Shown: in pieces, positions 1-10,500 of the stretch
Layout of the letters: the number at the start of each line of letters is the position of its first letter
Numbering within the stretch: the first letter of the stretch is position 1
Source: Candidatus Omnitrophota bacterium
GTDB taxonomy: Bacteria; Omnitrophota; Gorgyraeia; Gygaellales; Profunditerraquicolaceae
Assembly: GCA_028715095.1 (NCBI GenBank)
Contig: JAQUSM010000001.1
Coordinates: forward strand, 1-38,262
Direction of reading: 5' to 3'
Length of the DNA stretch: 38,262 bases
Made by a program: the position numbers and the translations under genes
Notes under the pieces: generated by a model
Database searches by the model: none
What the model was told of the DNA's origin: nothing
What the model saw: only the letters and a program-made list of their open reading frames with translations

Positions 1-2
1 TG

Positions 3-1361
<1,359 letters not shown>

Positions 1362-1362
1362 T

Positions 1363-2199
1363 ATGGAAATAATGACGCCGGATAAATATAAGAAAAGCAT
1401 TCATCCAGTTGCAATTTTTAAGGAGGCCTGGGGCATCTGCAGGAATAATTTAGGGAAATTAGGCGCTATCTATTTTATTTTTAATTTGCCGATTATTATT
1501 TTTTACTTAACCCCTGTGGCAAGCAAGCTGCAGGATCAGAAACCAAACCTTCAGGTGTTTCTTGGGTTTTTTATTCCGGCCCTGATAATCAGCATTTGGT
1601 GCCATATTTCTTTATTGCTGGGGGTTAAACAGGCGGTTGGTCTTGAGTTTTGGACAATCGGCCAAAGCATCAAGCAGACAAAAAAATTCTTCCTTAAATA
1701 TTTAGGCACGGTTTTGATAGTTTTTTTATTTTTAATGGGCATGATAATACTGGGGGGTTTATCTGCCGCAATAATTTTACCTTTATTATTGAAAGTTAGC
1801 AAAATACTGGCTGCGTTGATCTGCCTTGTTTTAGTAATTGTGCTTATTCTTTTTTTGGCTTATTTTATGATTCTTTGGTCTCTTGCCACAACGGTATGCG
1901 TACTTGAAAATGTTCGTGCCGTTACTGCTTTGAAGAAAAGCTCATCTTTAATTAAAAACTATGTGCTTCCGGTTACAGGAACTTATTGTTTGATTATACT
2001 GGTATATATTGCCTGCCTGCTTCCTTTTATTATTATAGGAACATTTCTAGGCTTGGGTAATTACCCTGATATGGCCAACCGGGCGGGCACAATATATAGC
2101 ATGTTTATCAATATTCTCCTGGTGCCGTTTTGGACAGCGATTGCTGTAATATTGTATAAAAAATTAAAAGAGGTCTTAGAGGCTCATGTATGCGCGTAA
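1363..2199 (+). CDS. Hypothetical polytopic membrane protein (about 6-7 hydrophobic helices) wedged between gyrB and gyrA
   Basis: The 278-aa ORF starts 1 nt after the gyrB stop and overlaps the gyrA start by 14 nt. It has repeated 20-30 aa hydrophobic stretches (e.g. [49 protein letters not shown]). I recognise no catalytic motif. Confidence 0.7.
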   Translation: MEIMTPDKYKKSIHPVAIFKEAWGICRNNLGKLGAIYFIFNLPIIIFYLTPVASKLQDQKPNLQVFLGFFIPALIISIWCHISLLLGVKQAVGLEFWTIGQSIKQTKKFFLKYLGTVLIVFLFLMGMIILGGLSAAIILPLLLKVSKILAALICLVLVIVLILFLAYFMILWSLATTVCVLENVRAVTALKKSSSLIKNYVLPVTGTYCLIILVYIACLLPFIIIGTFLGLGNYPDMANRAGTIYSMFINILLVPFWTAIAVILYKKLKEVLEAHVCA

Positions 2200-4618
2200 C
2201 GAAAAAATAATTCCGGTTTATATTGAAGATGAGGTAAAAGATTCTTATCTGAATTACGCGATGAGCGTAATTGTCGGCCGCGCCCTGCCTGATGTGCGCG
2301 ATGGCTTAAAGCCGGTGCATCGCAGGATTCTTTATGCTATGCAGGAGCTTAATCTCGAACACTCCAAGCCTTATAAAAAATGCGCGCGTATAGTCGGTGA
2401 AACCATGGGTAAATACCATCCGCATGGAGACATGGCTATTTATGATACCCTGGTAAGAATGGCGCAGGATTTCACCTTACGCTATCCTCTCGTGGATGGC
2501 CAGGGGAACTTCGGTTCGGTTGACGGAGATACTGCCGCAGCTATGCGTTATACCGAAGCCCGGCTTGCCGCTATTTCCGAGGAATTGCTCGGAGATATTG
2601 AAAAAGATACGGTTGCCTTTGGGCCTAATTTCGATTCTTCTTTAAAAGAACCCTTGCTGTTGCCGGCCAGCCTTCCAAACCTTTTAGTCAATGGTTCAAG
2701 CGGAATTGCCGTAGGTATGGCCACAAACATACCGCCGCACAACTTGAATGAAGTCTGTGATGCGATTATCTATCTTATTGATAATCCCGATGCGGAAATT
2801 AAAGACCTGATGCGTTATATTAAGGGGCCGGACTTTCCTACCGGAGGATTAATTTGTGGAAAATCCGGGATCAAAGATGCGTATATGACAGGAAGAGGCA
2901 AGCTTTTGGTGCGCGCCAAGGCAACTGTAGAGCATCAGAAGAATGGCAAAGACCTGATTATTTTTACCGAGATCCCTTATCAGGTGCAGAAATCCAGTGT
3001 TATCGAAGCAATTGCCGCTTTAGTTGATGATAAGAAGATTGAAGGCATATCTGATATACGCGATGAATCGGACAAAGAGGGTATGCGTATTGTGATTGAG
3101 CTTAAGCGTGATATTGAACCGCAGATTATCCTAAACCAGCTTTTTAAGCACACCCAGCTGGAAAATACATTTGGGATTATTATGCTGGCATTGGTGGATA
3201 ACCGGCCCAAGGTTTTGAATTTGCGCCAGGTATTGGATTGCTATATTGAGCATCGCAAAGTCGTTATCCGCAGGCGTACCCAATTTGAATTAGATAAGGC
3301 TTTAAGGCGCGCGCATATTTTAGAAGGACTGAAAATAGCGCTTAAATTTATAGACCGGATTATCAAAGTTATTAAGACTTCCAAGAGCGTGGAGAGCGCT
3401 AAAGTTAACCTAATGAAAGAGTTCGGGCTTTCCGAGATCCAGTCGCAGGCTATTCTTGAGATGCAGCTGCAGCGCTTGACTGCTCTTGAACGTGATAAAA
3501 TTGATGCAGAATATGAGGAGCTTTTAAAGAAAATTGAATTGTGCAGGGCGATTTTAGCTTCACAGAAAAAGATTGAAGCCATCATTAAGGAAGAGCTTGA
3601 GAACTTAAAGAAAAAGTATGGAGACCAGCGGCGCACGGATATCGTAGGGGAAGCAGAAGAGCTGGAGGTCGAAGATTTAATTGCTGAAGAAGATGTAGTG
3701 GTAACAATCAGCCATGGCGGCTATATTAAGCGTTTGCCGGTAAGTTCCTACCGTAAGCAAAAACGCGGAGGCACTGGAGGCACGGGCGCGGAACTTAAGG
3801 AAGAGGATTTTAGCGAACACCTTTTTGTTGCCTCAACTAAAGACTACCTGCTTATTTTTACCGACAAAGGCCAGGTGCACTGGTTGAAGGTTTATGAAAT
3901 ACCCCAGGCCAGCCGCATTTCTAAAGGAAAAGCAATTGTCAACCTTGTGCAAATGGAGCAGTCAGCTAAAGTTAGTTCAACCATACCGGTAAAGGAATTT
4001 TCCCCGGATAAGTATTTAGTGATGGTTACTAAGCTGGGCCAAGTCAAGAAAACTAAACTTGAGGCATACGGCAATCCGCGTAAGGGCGGGATTATCGGGA
4101 TTACTTTAGATAAAGATGATGTTTTGATCGGAGTGGAGATGACCGATGGTAAACAGGAATTGCTTATCGGAACTAAGCAGGGTAAGGCGATAAGATTTTC
4201 CGAAGAAAAGGTGCGCGATATGGGCAGGGGGGCCCAGGGCGTACGCGCTATATCTTTAGCAAAAAAAGATGAAGTTATAGATATGGTAGTCCCGCAGAAG
4301 GGCTCTACCATACTTACAGTCACAGCTTTAGGTTTTGCAAAACGCACCACCGTTGATGAATATCGATTGACCAGCCGTGGTGGCAAAGGTGTAATCAATA
4401 TCAGGGTCACGGAGAAAAACGGCGAAGCCGTAAATTTAAAATCCGTAAATGACAAAGATGAGCTTATGGTTATTACCCAAAACGGAATATTTTTACGCTG
4501 TGCAATAAAAGATATCCGTGAAACCGGACGTTCATCCCAAGGTGTGCGGTTAATTAAGCTACAGGATAAAGACCGGGTTTCTTGTGTTGCCCCGGTCATT
4601 GCCGAAGAGGAAGAGTAA
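2186..4618 (+). CDS. gyrA: DNA gyrase subunit A
   Basis: The 810-aa product carries N-terminal [29 protein letters not shown], the active-site tyrosine motif [15 protein letters not shown], and C-terminal beta-pinwheel repeats (QGRGGKG-like RGGKGV, GVRAISL, GVRLIKL). Confidence 0.97.
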   Translation: MYARNEKIIPVYIEDEVKDSYLNYAMSVIVGRALPDVRDGLKPVHRRILYAMQELNLEHSKPYKKCARIVGETMGKYHPHGDMAIYDTLVRMAQDFTLRYPLVDGQGNFGSVDGDTAAAMRYTEARLAAISEELLGDIEKDTVAFGPNFDSSLKEPLLLPASLPNLLVNGSSGIAVGMATNIPPHNLNEVCDAIIYLIDNPDAEIKDLMRYIKGPDFPTGGLICGKSGIKDAYMTGRGKLLVRAKATVEHQKNGKDLIIFTEIPYQVQKSSVIEAIAALVDDKKIEGISDIRDESDKEGMRIVIELKRDIEPQIILNQLFKHTQLENTFGIIMLALVDNRPKVLNLRQVLDCYIEHRKVVIRRRTQFELDKALRRAHILEGLKIALKFIDRIIKVIKTSKSVESAKVNLMKEFGLSEIQSQAILEMQLQRLTALERDKIDAEYEELLKKIELCRAILASQKKIEAIIKEELENLKKKYGDQRRTDIVGEAEELEVEDLIAEEDVVVTISHGGYIKRLPVSSYRKQKRGGTGGTGAELKEEDFSEHLFVASTKDYLLIFTDKGQVHWLKVYEIPQASRISKGKAIVNLVQMEQSAKVSSTIPVKEFSPDKYLVMVTKLGQVKKTKLEAYGNPRKGGIIGITLDKDDVLIGVEMTDGKQELLIGTKQGKAIRFSEEKVRDMGRGAQGVRAISLAKKDEVIDMVVPQKGSTILTVTALGFAKRTTVDEYRLTSRGGKGVINIRVTEKNGEAVNLKSVNDKDELMVITQNGIFLRCAIKDIRETGRSSQGVRLIKLQDKDRVSCVAPVIAEEEE

Positions 4619-4623
4619 AGCCT

Positions 4624-4698
4624 GACCCTGTCGTCTAGCCTGGTCCAGGACAAGAGCTTTTCAAGCTCTCGACACGGGTTCAAATCCCGTCAGGGTCA
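4624..4698 (+). tRNA. tRNA-Glu (anticodon UUC)
   Basis: Hand-folded cloverleaf. The acceptor stem is GACCCTG/CAGGGTC with discriminator A. The anticodon stem is AGAGC/GCTCT with loop TTTTCAA, giving anticodon TTC. The T arm is ACGGG-TTCAAAT-CCCGT. The layout parallels canonical bacterial tRNA-Glu with its 3-bp D stem. No CCA is encoded. Confidence 0.85.
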
Positions 4699-4699
4699 C

Positions 4700-4757
4700 T
4701 AAATTTGCTGGCTTTTGTGTCAGACAAATTTGTTCCGAAGCCTGCGCAGCAAATTTA
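4700..4757 (+). promoter_or_regulatory. Long imperfect hairpin carrying repeated AAATTTG/CAAATTT motifs, between tRNA-Glu and glmS
   Basis: TAAATTTGCTG (4700-4710) is a perfect complement of CAGCAAATTTA (4747-4757). Inner GCTT (4711-4714) pairs with AAGC (4738-4741). The loop holds the 10-bp palindrome ACAAATTTGT (4724-4733), and a further GAATTTGCAA lies at 4774-4782. No T-tract follows. Confidence 0.35.
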
Positions 4758-4818
4758 AACACAAAATATCAGGAATTTGCAAGCGTTTAGGCGAGGGATT
4801 AAAATTGAAGGTGTTATT

Positions 4819-6654
4819 GTGTGCGGAATAGTTGGATATATAGGTGAAAGGCCGGCTCAGGAAATACTCTTGACCGGCCTTAAGCGTTTGGAATACCGAG
4901 GGTATGATTCCAGCGGTATGTCGGTCATTCTGCCCGGGAAAAACACTCCTTGCGTCAGAAAAGCCCCAGGTAAAATCAACGCTTTAGAAAAACTACTTAA
5001 AGTCAGTCCACTTAAAGGATTTGTCGGGATCGCGCATACTCGCTGGGCTACTCACGGAGCTCCTACCCGATTCAATGCCCATCCCCATGCTGATTGTGAA
5101 AACGAAATAACGCTTGTGCATAACGGGATTATCGAAAACTATGAGACCTTAAAGGCACAGTTGCTCAAAGAAGGGCATTTGTTCCGCAGCCAGACCGATA
5201 CCGAAGTTATTGTGCACCTTATCGAGAAGTTTTATAAGAATATACCATTAGAAGAAGCAGTCAGTAAAGCCTTGAAATTAGTCGCCGGGTCTTTTGCTAT
5301 TGCGGTTATCGCCAAGCAAGAGCCGGATAAACTTGTTGGCGCCCGCTCAGGAAGTCCTTTGATCGTGGGGATTGGCAAGGGAGAGAATTTTCTTGCTTCG
5401 GATGCCCCAGCCATCCTTGAACATACCAAAGAGATAATTTTCTTAGAGGAAAATGAGGTAGCGGTATTAAGTAAAAACGGCTGCACAATAAAGGATCTTA
5501 ACGGCAAAACAGTAGCCAGGGGAGCGGTGCGGCTAAATTGGGATATTGAGCAGGCCCAGAAACAAGGGTATAAACATTTTATGCTCAAAGAAATCAATGA
5601 GCAGCCTCGGATTATTGCAAGCCTGCTCGACCTAAGGATCAAGAAGGATAACAGGATTATTTTTAAAGAACAAAACATCGCGCCTGAGAAACTGAAAAAT
5701 ATAAAGAGTATTTTTATCGTTGCATGCGGAACAGCATATCACGCCGGCTTGGTGGGCAAATATGTTTTAGAATCACTTTGTAAAATACCAACATATATAG
5801 ATGTTTCAAGCGAGTTTCGTTACCGGGATTTGCTTATTGATGAAAACACCCTGGTGTTAGCGATCAGCCAATCCGGAGAAACTGCGGATACGCTGGCAGG
5901 TATCAGAGAAGCAAAAAAGATGGGAGCTTCGGTAATTTCTATATGTAATGTGCTGGGTTCGACCTTAACCCGTGAATCAGACGGGGTGATGTATACCCAC
6001 GCCGGACCTGAAATCGGGGTTGCCTCTACTAAGGCCTATACTGCGCAGTTAACTGCAATTTATTTATTTGCCTTTTATCTTGCAGAGGCGCGCAATATAA
6101 TCCCGCAGAATAAAATAAATAAATTCATTGATGAGATAAGGGCCATACCCAAGAAACAGGAGGAGATTCTAAAAAAACAGGATTCCATCGCTCGTGTCTC
6201 TCATCGGCATTCGCATTTTGGTTCTTTCCTGTATTTAGGCAGGAATGTAAATTATCCGTCTGCTTTAGAGGGGGCATTGAAATTAAAAGAAATTTCGTAT
6301 ATCCCGGCAGAGGGTTATGCTGCCGGAGAGATGAAGCATGGCCCCATTGCTTTAATTGATGAATATCGCGGCGTAGTCTGCATTGCTCCGGAGTCCAAGG
6401 TATATGAAAAGATGGTCTCTAATATCCAGGAGATCCGTTCGCGGAAGGGTAAAATTATTGCTATTGCCACCGAGGGGGATACTAATATTAAAGAGTTGAC
6501 CGGAGAGGTTATTTATATCCCTAAGTGTGATGAATTATTTTCTCCTCTTTTGGTGGTATTGCCGCTGCAGTTACTAGCCTACCATATAGCGGTAAAGCGC
6601 GGATGCGATGTGGACCAACCGCGCAACCTGGCTAAATCAGTAACCGTGGAATAA
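4819..6654 (+). CDS. glmS: Glutamine--fructose-6-phosphate aminotransferase (isomerising)
   Basis: I chose the GTG at 4819 because it yields the obligatory N-terminal (M)CGIVGYIG with catalytic Cys2, and GAAGGTG sits 6 nt upstream. Two SIS domains and the canonical C-terminus NLAKSVTVE are present. The tracked ORF extends 14 codons upstream of this start. Confidence 0.93.
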   Translation: MCGIVGYIGERPAQEILLTGLKRLEYRGYDSSGMSVILPGKNTPCVRKAPGKINALEKLLKVSPLKGFVGIAHTRWATHGAPTRFNAHPHADCENEITLVHNGIIENYETLKAQLLKEGHLFRSQTDTEVIVHLIEKFYKNIPLEEAVSKALKLVAGSFAIAVIAKQEPDKLVGARSGSPLIVGIGKGENFLASDAPAILEHTKEIIFLEENEVAVLSKNGCTIKDLNGKTVARGAVRLNWDIEQAQKQGYKHFMLKEINEQPRIIASLLDLRIKKDNRIIFKEQNIAPEKLKNIKSIFIVACGTAYHAGLVGKYVLESLCKIPTYIDVSSEFRYRDLLIDENTLVLAISQSGETADTLAGIREAKKMGASVISICNVLGSTLTRESDGVMYTHAGPEIGVASTKAYTAQLTAIYLFAFYLAEARNIIPQNKINKFIDEIRAIPKKQEEILKKQDSIARVSHRHSHFGSFLYLGRNVNYPSALEGALKLKEISYIPAEGYAAGEMKHGPIALIDEYRGVVCIAPESKVYEKMVSNIQEIRSRKGKIIAIATEGDTNIKELTGEVIYIPKCDELFSPLLVVLPLQLLAYHIAVKRGCDVDQPRNLAKSVTVE

Positions 6655-7307
6655 TGTTTTATATTGTCGCTACCCCGGTAGGCAATTTAAAAGACATAAC
6701 TTTGCGGGCAATTGAAGTTTTAAAAGATGTGGATTTAATTGCCTGTGAAGATACCCGTCACACCAAGATTTTGCTCCAGCATTACGCTATCAAAACTCCC
6801 ACTACCAGTTTTTACCAGCACAACAGAATCAGTAAGGGCGAATATATTATAGGCCTGTTAAAAGAAGGTAAAAATATCGCCTTGGTTTCTGATGCCGGCT
6901 CACCAGGCATACTTGACCCGGGATATAATCTGATTAATCTGGCGATAAGGAATAATCTGGAGATGACTTTTATCCCGGGAGCTGCGGCTTTTATAAATGC
7001 GCTGGTGCTTTCCGGGAAGCCGGCCCATGAATTTTTCTTTGCCGGGTTTCTTGTAAATCGCCAGCAGGCGCGTAAAAATCAACTGGAAAAATTAAAACAA
7101 CTCAACTGTACGGTTATCTTTTATGAGTCCTGCCATAGAATTTTAGCCTGCCTGGAAGATATTCAGGCAATTTTTGGAGACAAGCAAGTGGTTGTAGCCA
7201 GGGAACTTACTAAAAAGTTTGAAGAAATCAAGCGCGCTAGCGCAAAAGATATCCTGGAGTCTTTCAAGAAACAAAAACCCCGGGGCGAATTCGTAGTAAT
7301 TATATAA
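6654..7307 (+). CDS. rsmI: 16S rRNA (cytidine1402-2'-O)-methyltransferase RsmI, short form (217 aa)
   Basis: Motifs are MFYIVATPVGNLKDITLRA, IACEDTRHTKILL, SDAGSPGILDPG, FYESCHR and RELTKKFEE. The protein ends just after GEFVVII, so it lacks the C-terminal extension of longer homologues. Its start overlaps the glmS stop (TAATG). Confidence 0.85.
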   Translation: MFYIVATPVGNLKDITLRAIEVLKDVDLIACEDTRHTKILLQHYAIKTPTTSFYQHNRISKGEYIIGLLKEGKNIALVSDAGSPGILDPGYNLINLAIRNNLEMTFIPGAAAFINALVLSGKPAHEFFFAGFLVNRQQARKNQLEKLKQLNCTVIFYESCHRILACLEDIQAIFGDKQVVVARELTKKFEEIKRASAKDILESFKKQKPRGEFVVII

Positions 7308-7479
7308 CCGCAAGAAAACGCTTTCCTGAAAACCCCCAAATGCCCTTGTAAGCACTTACCTATAATATATACTTTTTCTAACAAGGCTGATAAATGTCCT
7401 CTATATATTGACCTCAGAGGGCATCCTGCGAAGCCCTGATATTTCCTTCAGAAGGCTTAAGCGGGACCTTAAGAATAAG

Positions 7480-7566
7480 ATGAAAATAAAAACAATAAGA
7501 AGTTTTAAAATCATTGCTATTATTTTATCCTTTTTGCTTATTTTTGAGCAATCCGGGTTTGCCCAA
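7480..7566 (+). other. N-terminal Sec-type signal peptide of the giant protein
   Basis: The n-region is basic (MKIKTIRSFK), the h-region is 13 aa (IIAIILSFLLIF), and the c-region is EQSGFAQ with small residues at -3/-1 before IAGE. Confidence 0.7.
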
Positions 7567-10500
7567 ATTGCCGGAGAGCTGGATATTTCAAGTCACTTCT
7601 TAGCCCTGCGGAACAATTTTATTCAAGAGAGATTCCGCCCGTTGCACTTAAGATACCTCTCCTATGATCCAGGGGTCAATAACTTTAATCTGCTTTTAGA
7701 CAAGGGAGATTTTGTGAAGGGCGTCTCTGCAAAGGGGGCTGTCCTCCAGGAGAACTTACAACAAGAAACTAAGATCCTGCTCGATTATTTTTTTGTGGGG
7801 ATATCCTTGCCTAATGAAGCCTTCTGGGTAAACCTCCGGCCGGATGCAGAAGATAACATTATAGATAGAGAACTGGCCGAAACTGACGTAGGAAGAATTC
7901 TGTTAGAGGCAGATTTACAACTTAAAAAAGACACAGCTAATTTTACCTCCCCCCAGACTCCCGAAGGGAAAGAGTATTGGAATAAGCTCTACAGTAAGGC
8001 AGAAGAGCTCTATGGTAATGAAAACATAACTATACCTACGCTAACCCGGCCCTGGATTGTACCGGATGAAATTATCATCAGGGAGAGTTCAGATAATGCC
8101 TATATCTATAAAGCAACGCTCAAAGTCATGCTCGAGCAGGATTACCTTAAGGATTCATCTACTTATAGTTTTCAGGACCAACGTTCCAAGGCCCTGAATG
8201 AATACTCATCCCGGCTCATCAGAGAAACAATTATCCCCAAGTTAACCAAAGAAGTTAATTCCTCCAAAAGATACGCTCCCTTAAGGCAGGTTTACTATTC
8301 TCTTATCCTCGCGCAATGGTTTAAGCAGGAATTTTATGGTAAATCAGGATTATATTCCTACCTCATAGACAGGCATAGACTGGATGGCTTAACTTCTAAA
8401 ACCTCCTGGTCTAAAACAACTTATTTTAACTCCTACAAAACTTCCTTCCAGCAAGGAGAATACAATATTAAAGAGCCGCGCTCCACTCCTTACGGCCAGA
8501 CTATCAGGAGCTATATGAGCGGGGGGTTGGATTTAGGGCAAATAGTATCTTCTGCGATTATACAAGGAGCTGTGCAGGGCAATAAAGATTATGGATCCGG
8601 GTTGTTAATTTCTAAACATGGATTAGGCTTCCATTTTTCAGGTGGCACTGCGAGTAATCCTTTTGGGCTGGAAGTAGATGTAGTTTTGCCTATCGATACA
8701 GACATACCAAGAGCGATTGGACAGCTACCTGTTGTTGGCTCTCCGCTTTCCGGTAATAGCCCTTTCTTACAAAAGCAGGTTTTTTCTAGATCATTGATTT
8801 CCAAAAATAATGAAACTAATTTTTTATCCCGCGCCTTGAAAAATTTAAGCGCGCTGGCAAGGGCAGTGTTTGCATCTAGAAGTGGATCTAAGAGAGGTGC
8901 GTTAGAGCGTATGCTTAACAGTCAGGGTATTAATTTTAAAATCGATGTTTCAATCGGGGACATCGCGGATGATTTTATGGAACTGTCTGCTTTTACTGTC
9001 TCTTTAATTCCTCAAAAAGTACTAAAGGAGTGTGTGAGTGGCTTGGAATTTGGCGCAGATCCCGCTGGAGCATATACAGATGCCGATGAACCGGGTTCGT
9101 ATTCTAACGAAGATAAAATAGCCTATGTATATCAACGATCATTCGCTTTCTGGGATGCTTACTTACTGGCGAGGATAATTTTACATGAGGTAGGCCATGG
9201 ATTCGAGGGCGGTTTTTCCGAAGAAGACGCGGGTAAGATAAAAGCGGCGTATTCACTTATCAGACAAAAAATTCTAAATGGCTATAAAGATTATTCCTTG
9301 TACCTTAAGCAGGATGATAATATTTTGAGCCTCGATAACAGGAAGGCGATTGTAATATATACCGATAAACCGGATGCGTCGCAATTTATAGCCGAGTTTT
9401 TTAGAGAGTTTATTTTAAACGGTGAAGAATTAAGGGCAATGATACAAAGCCAGAAAGACGGCGAAGTCAAAGAAGCGCTGGGTACCATCTATGGTATTTA
9501 TAAGAAGCGTTTTAATAAGGAATATTACACAAGAGACGTAAAGGGGTTGCGGGGCATGCTGGAAAGAATTCCAGCAACGGTAGCAAAACATATCGCGAGA
9601 GATTATAAGCAATTTAGCGAATTTAGGGGAGTTGCGGGAATCTTTTATTTACGCTACGGCCTGACTTTAGATGAATATACCGCATTGGCCGAAAAAGAGG
9701 GGCAAAATGTTTCCGTTGAAGTTCTTTATAAAATAATCCTTAGCAGCCTCGCAAGTAAAACACAGGTTGAGTTTGAGCATTGGAAACTAAAACTAGCATC
9801 AACCCAGCAGGCGTTATATGACAAGCTTATTTCAGTCCTTCACGATTACGCGCAGGCGATTACAAGTATGCATAGCGGCAATATAGATGATATGGAATTG
9901 CATGGCATATTACAAGATCTTAGACAGGTGTTATTAGAAATTAAAACCCAATCTAGCCCAAAGAGTAATGAATATATTCTCGCTACTGAATACGCGCCTA
10001 TCGTGTTTAACGTATCGCTTTCCGCATTAAGCCAAGAATCGCACTTGCCTTCTCTCGATGATATTTTATCAAAACAGCATCAATCTGCCATCTCAGCGGC
10101 TGAAGTTTCCAGCTCGGGGTTGGCCGTAAAGGATGAACTAATATCAAGCGTTAAGGATAATAGTTGGAAACCGGTTGTTCCCGAAGGCCCGTCACAATAC
10201 GGAATTTTATCCTCACTTTTTTACAGGCTGGACAAAAACTCAGTCCCTGAAGAGTTTCCGATTGTTTCTGTAGTTGATGATGGTTTGCAATTGCCGGATT
10301 CGGATGAATTATGTCTAAGTGATAAGGTAACCGCCAGCCGCTTGAAGGATGAAGGCATAGAATTTCTTTCCGGAGAATTGCTGGGCAGTAAGAATTTCCT
10401 CAATGCCCTTAAAGCAGAATGCGCTCAAAAAGGGTCTGATTTGAAGAAGTTTTTAAAGCAGCATCTTATATACGCTATGTCTCCGTCTTTGTTACGGAAA

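Noticed and set aside
3892-4683. 263-aa ORF on the minus strand
   Set aside because: It lies antisense to the well-supported gyrA C-terminal domain and runs across tRNA-Glu. The product is Ser/Ile/Thr-rich and low in complexity, with no motifs. It is a typical shadow ORF.
4699-4818. glmS ribozyme upstream of glmS
   Set aside because: The spacer is only 120 nt. I could not find the conserved ribozyme core segments, and the double-pseudoknot architecture needs about 170 nt. The hairpin there has a different structure.
7408-7479. TTG at 7408 as the start of the giant ORF (as in the ORF track)
   Set aside because: There is no ribosome-binding site. The extra 24 residues (MTSEGILRSPDISFRRLKRDLKNK) would bury the clear signal peptide that begins at the ATG at 7480. 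I cannot exclude it without experimental data.
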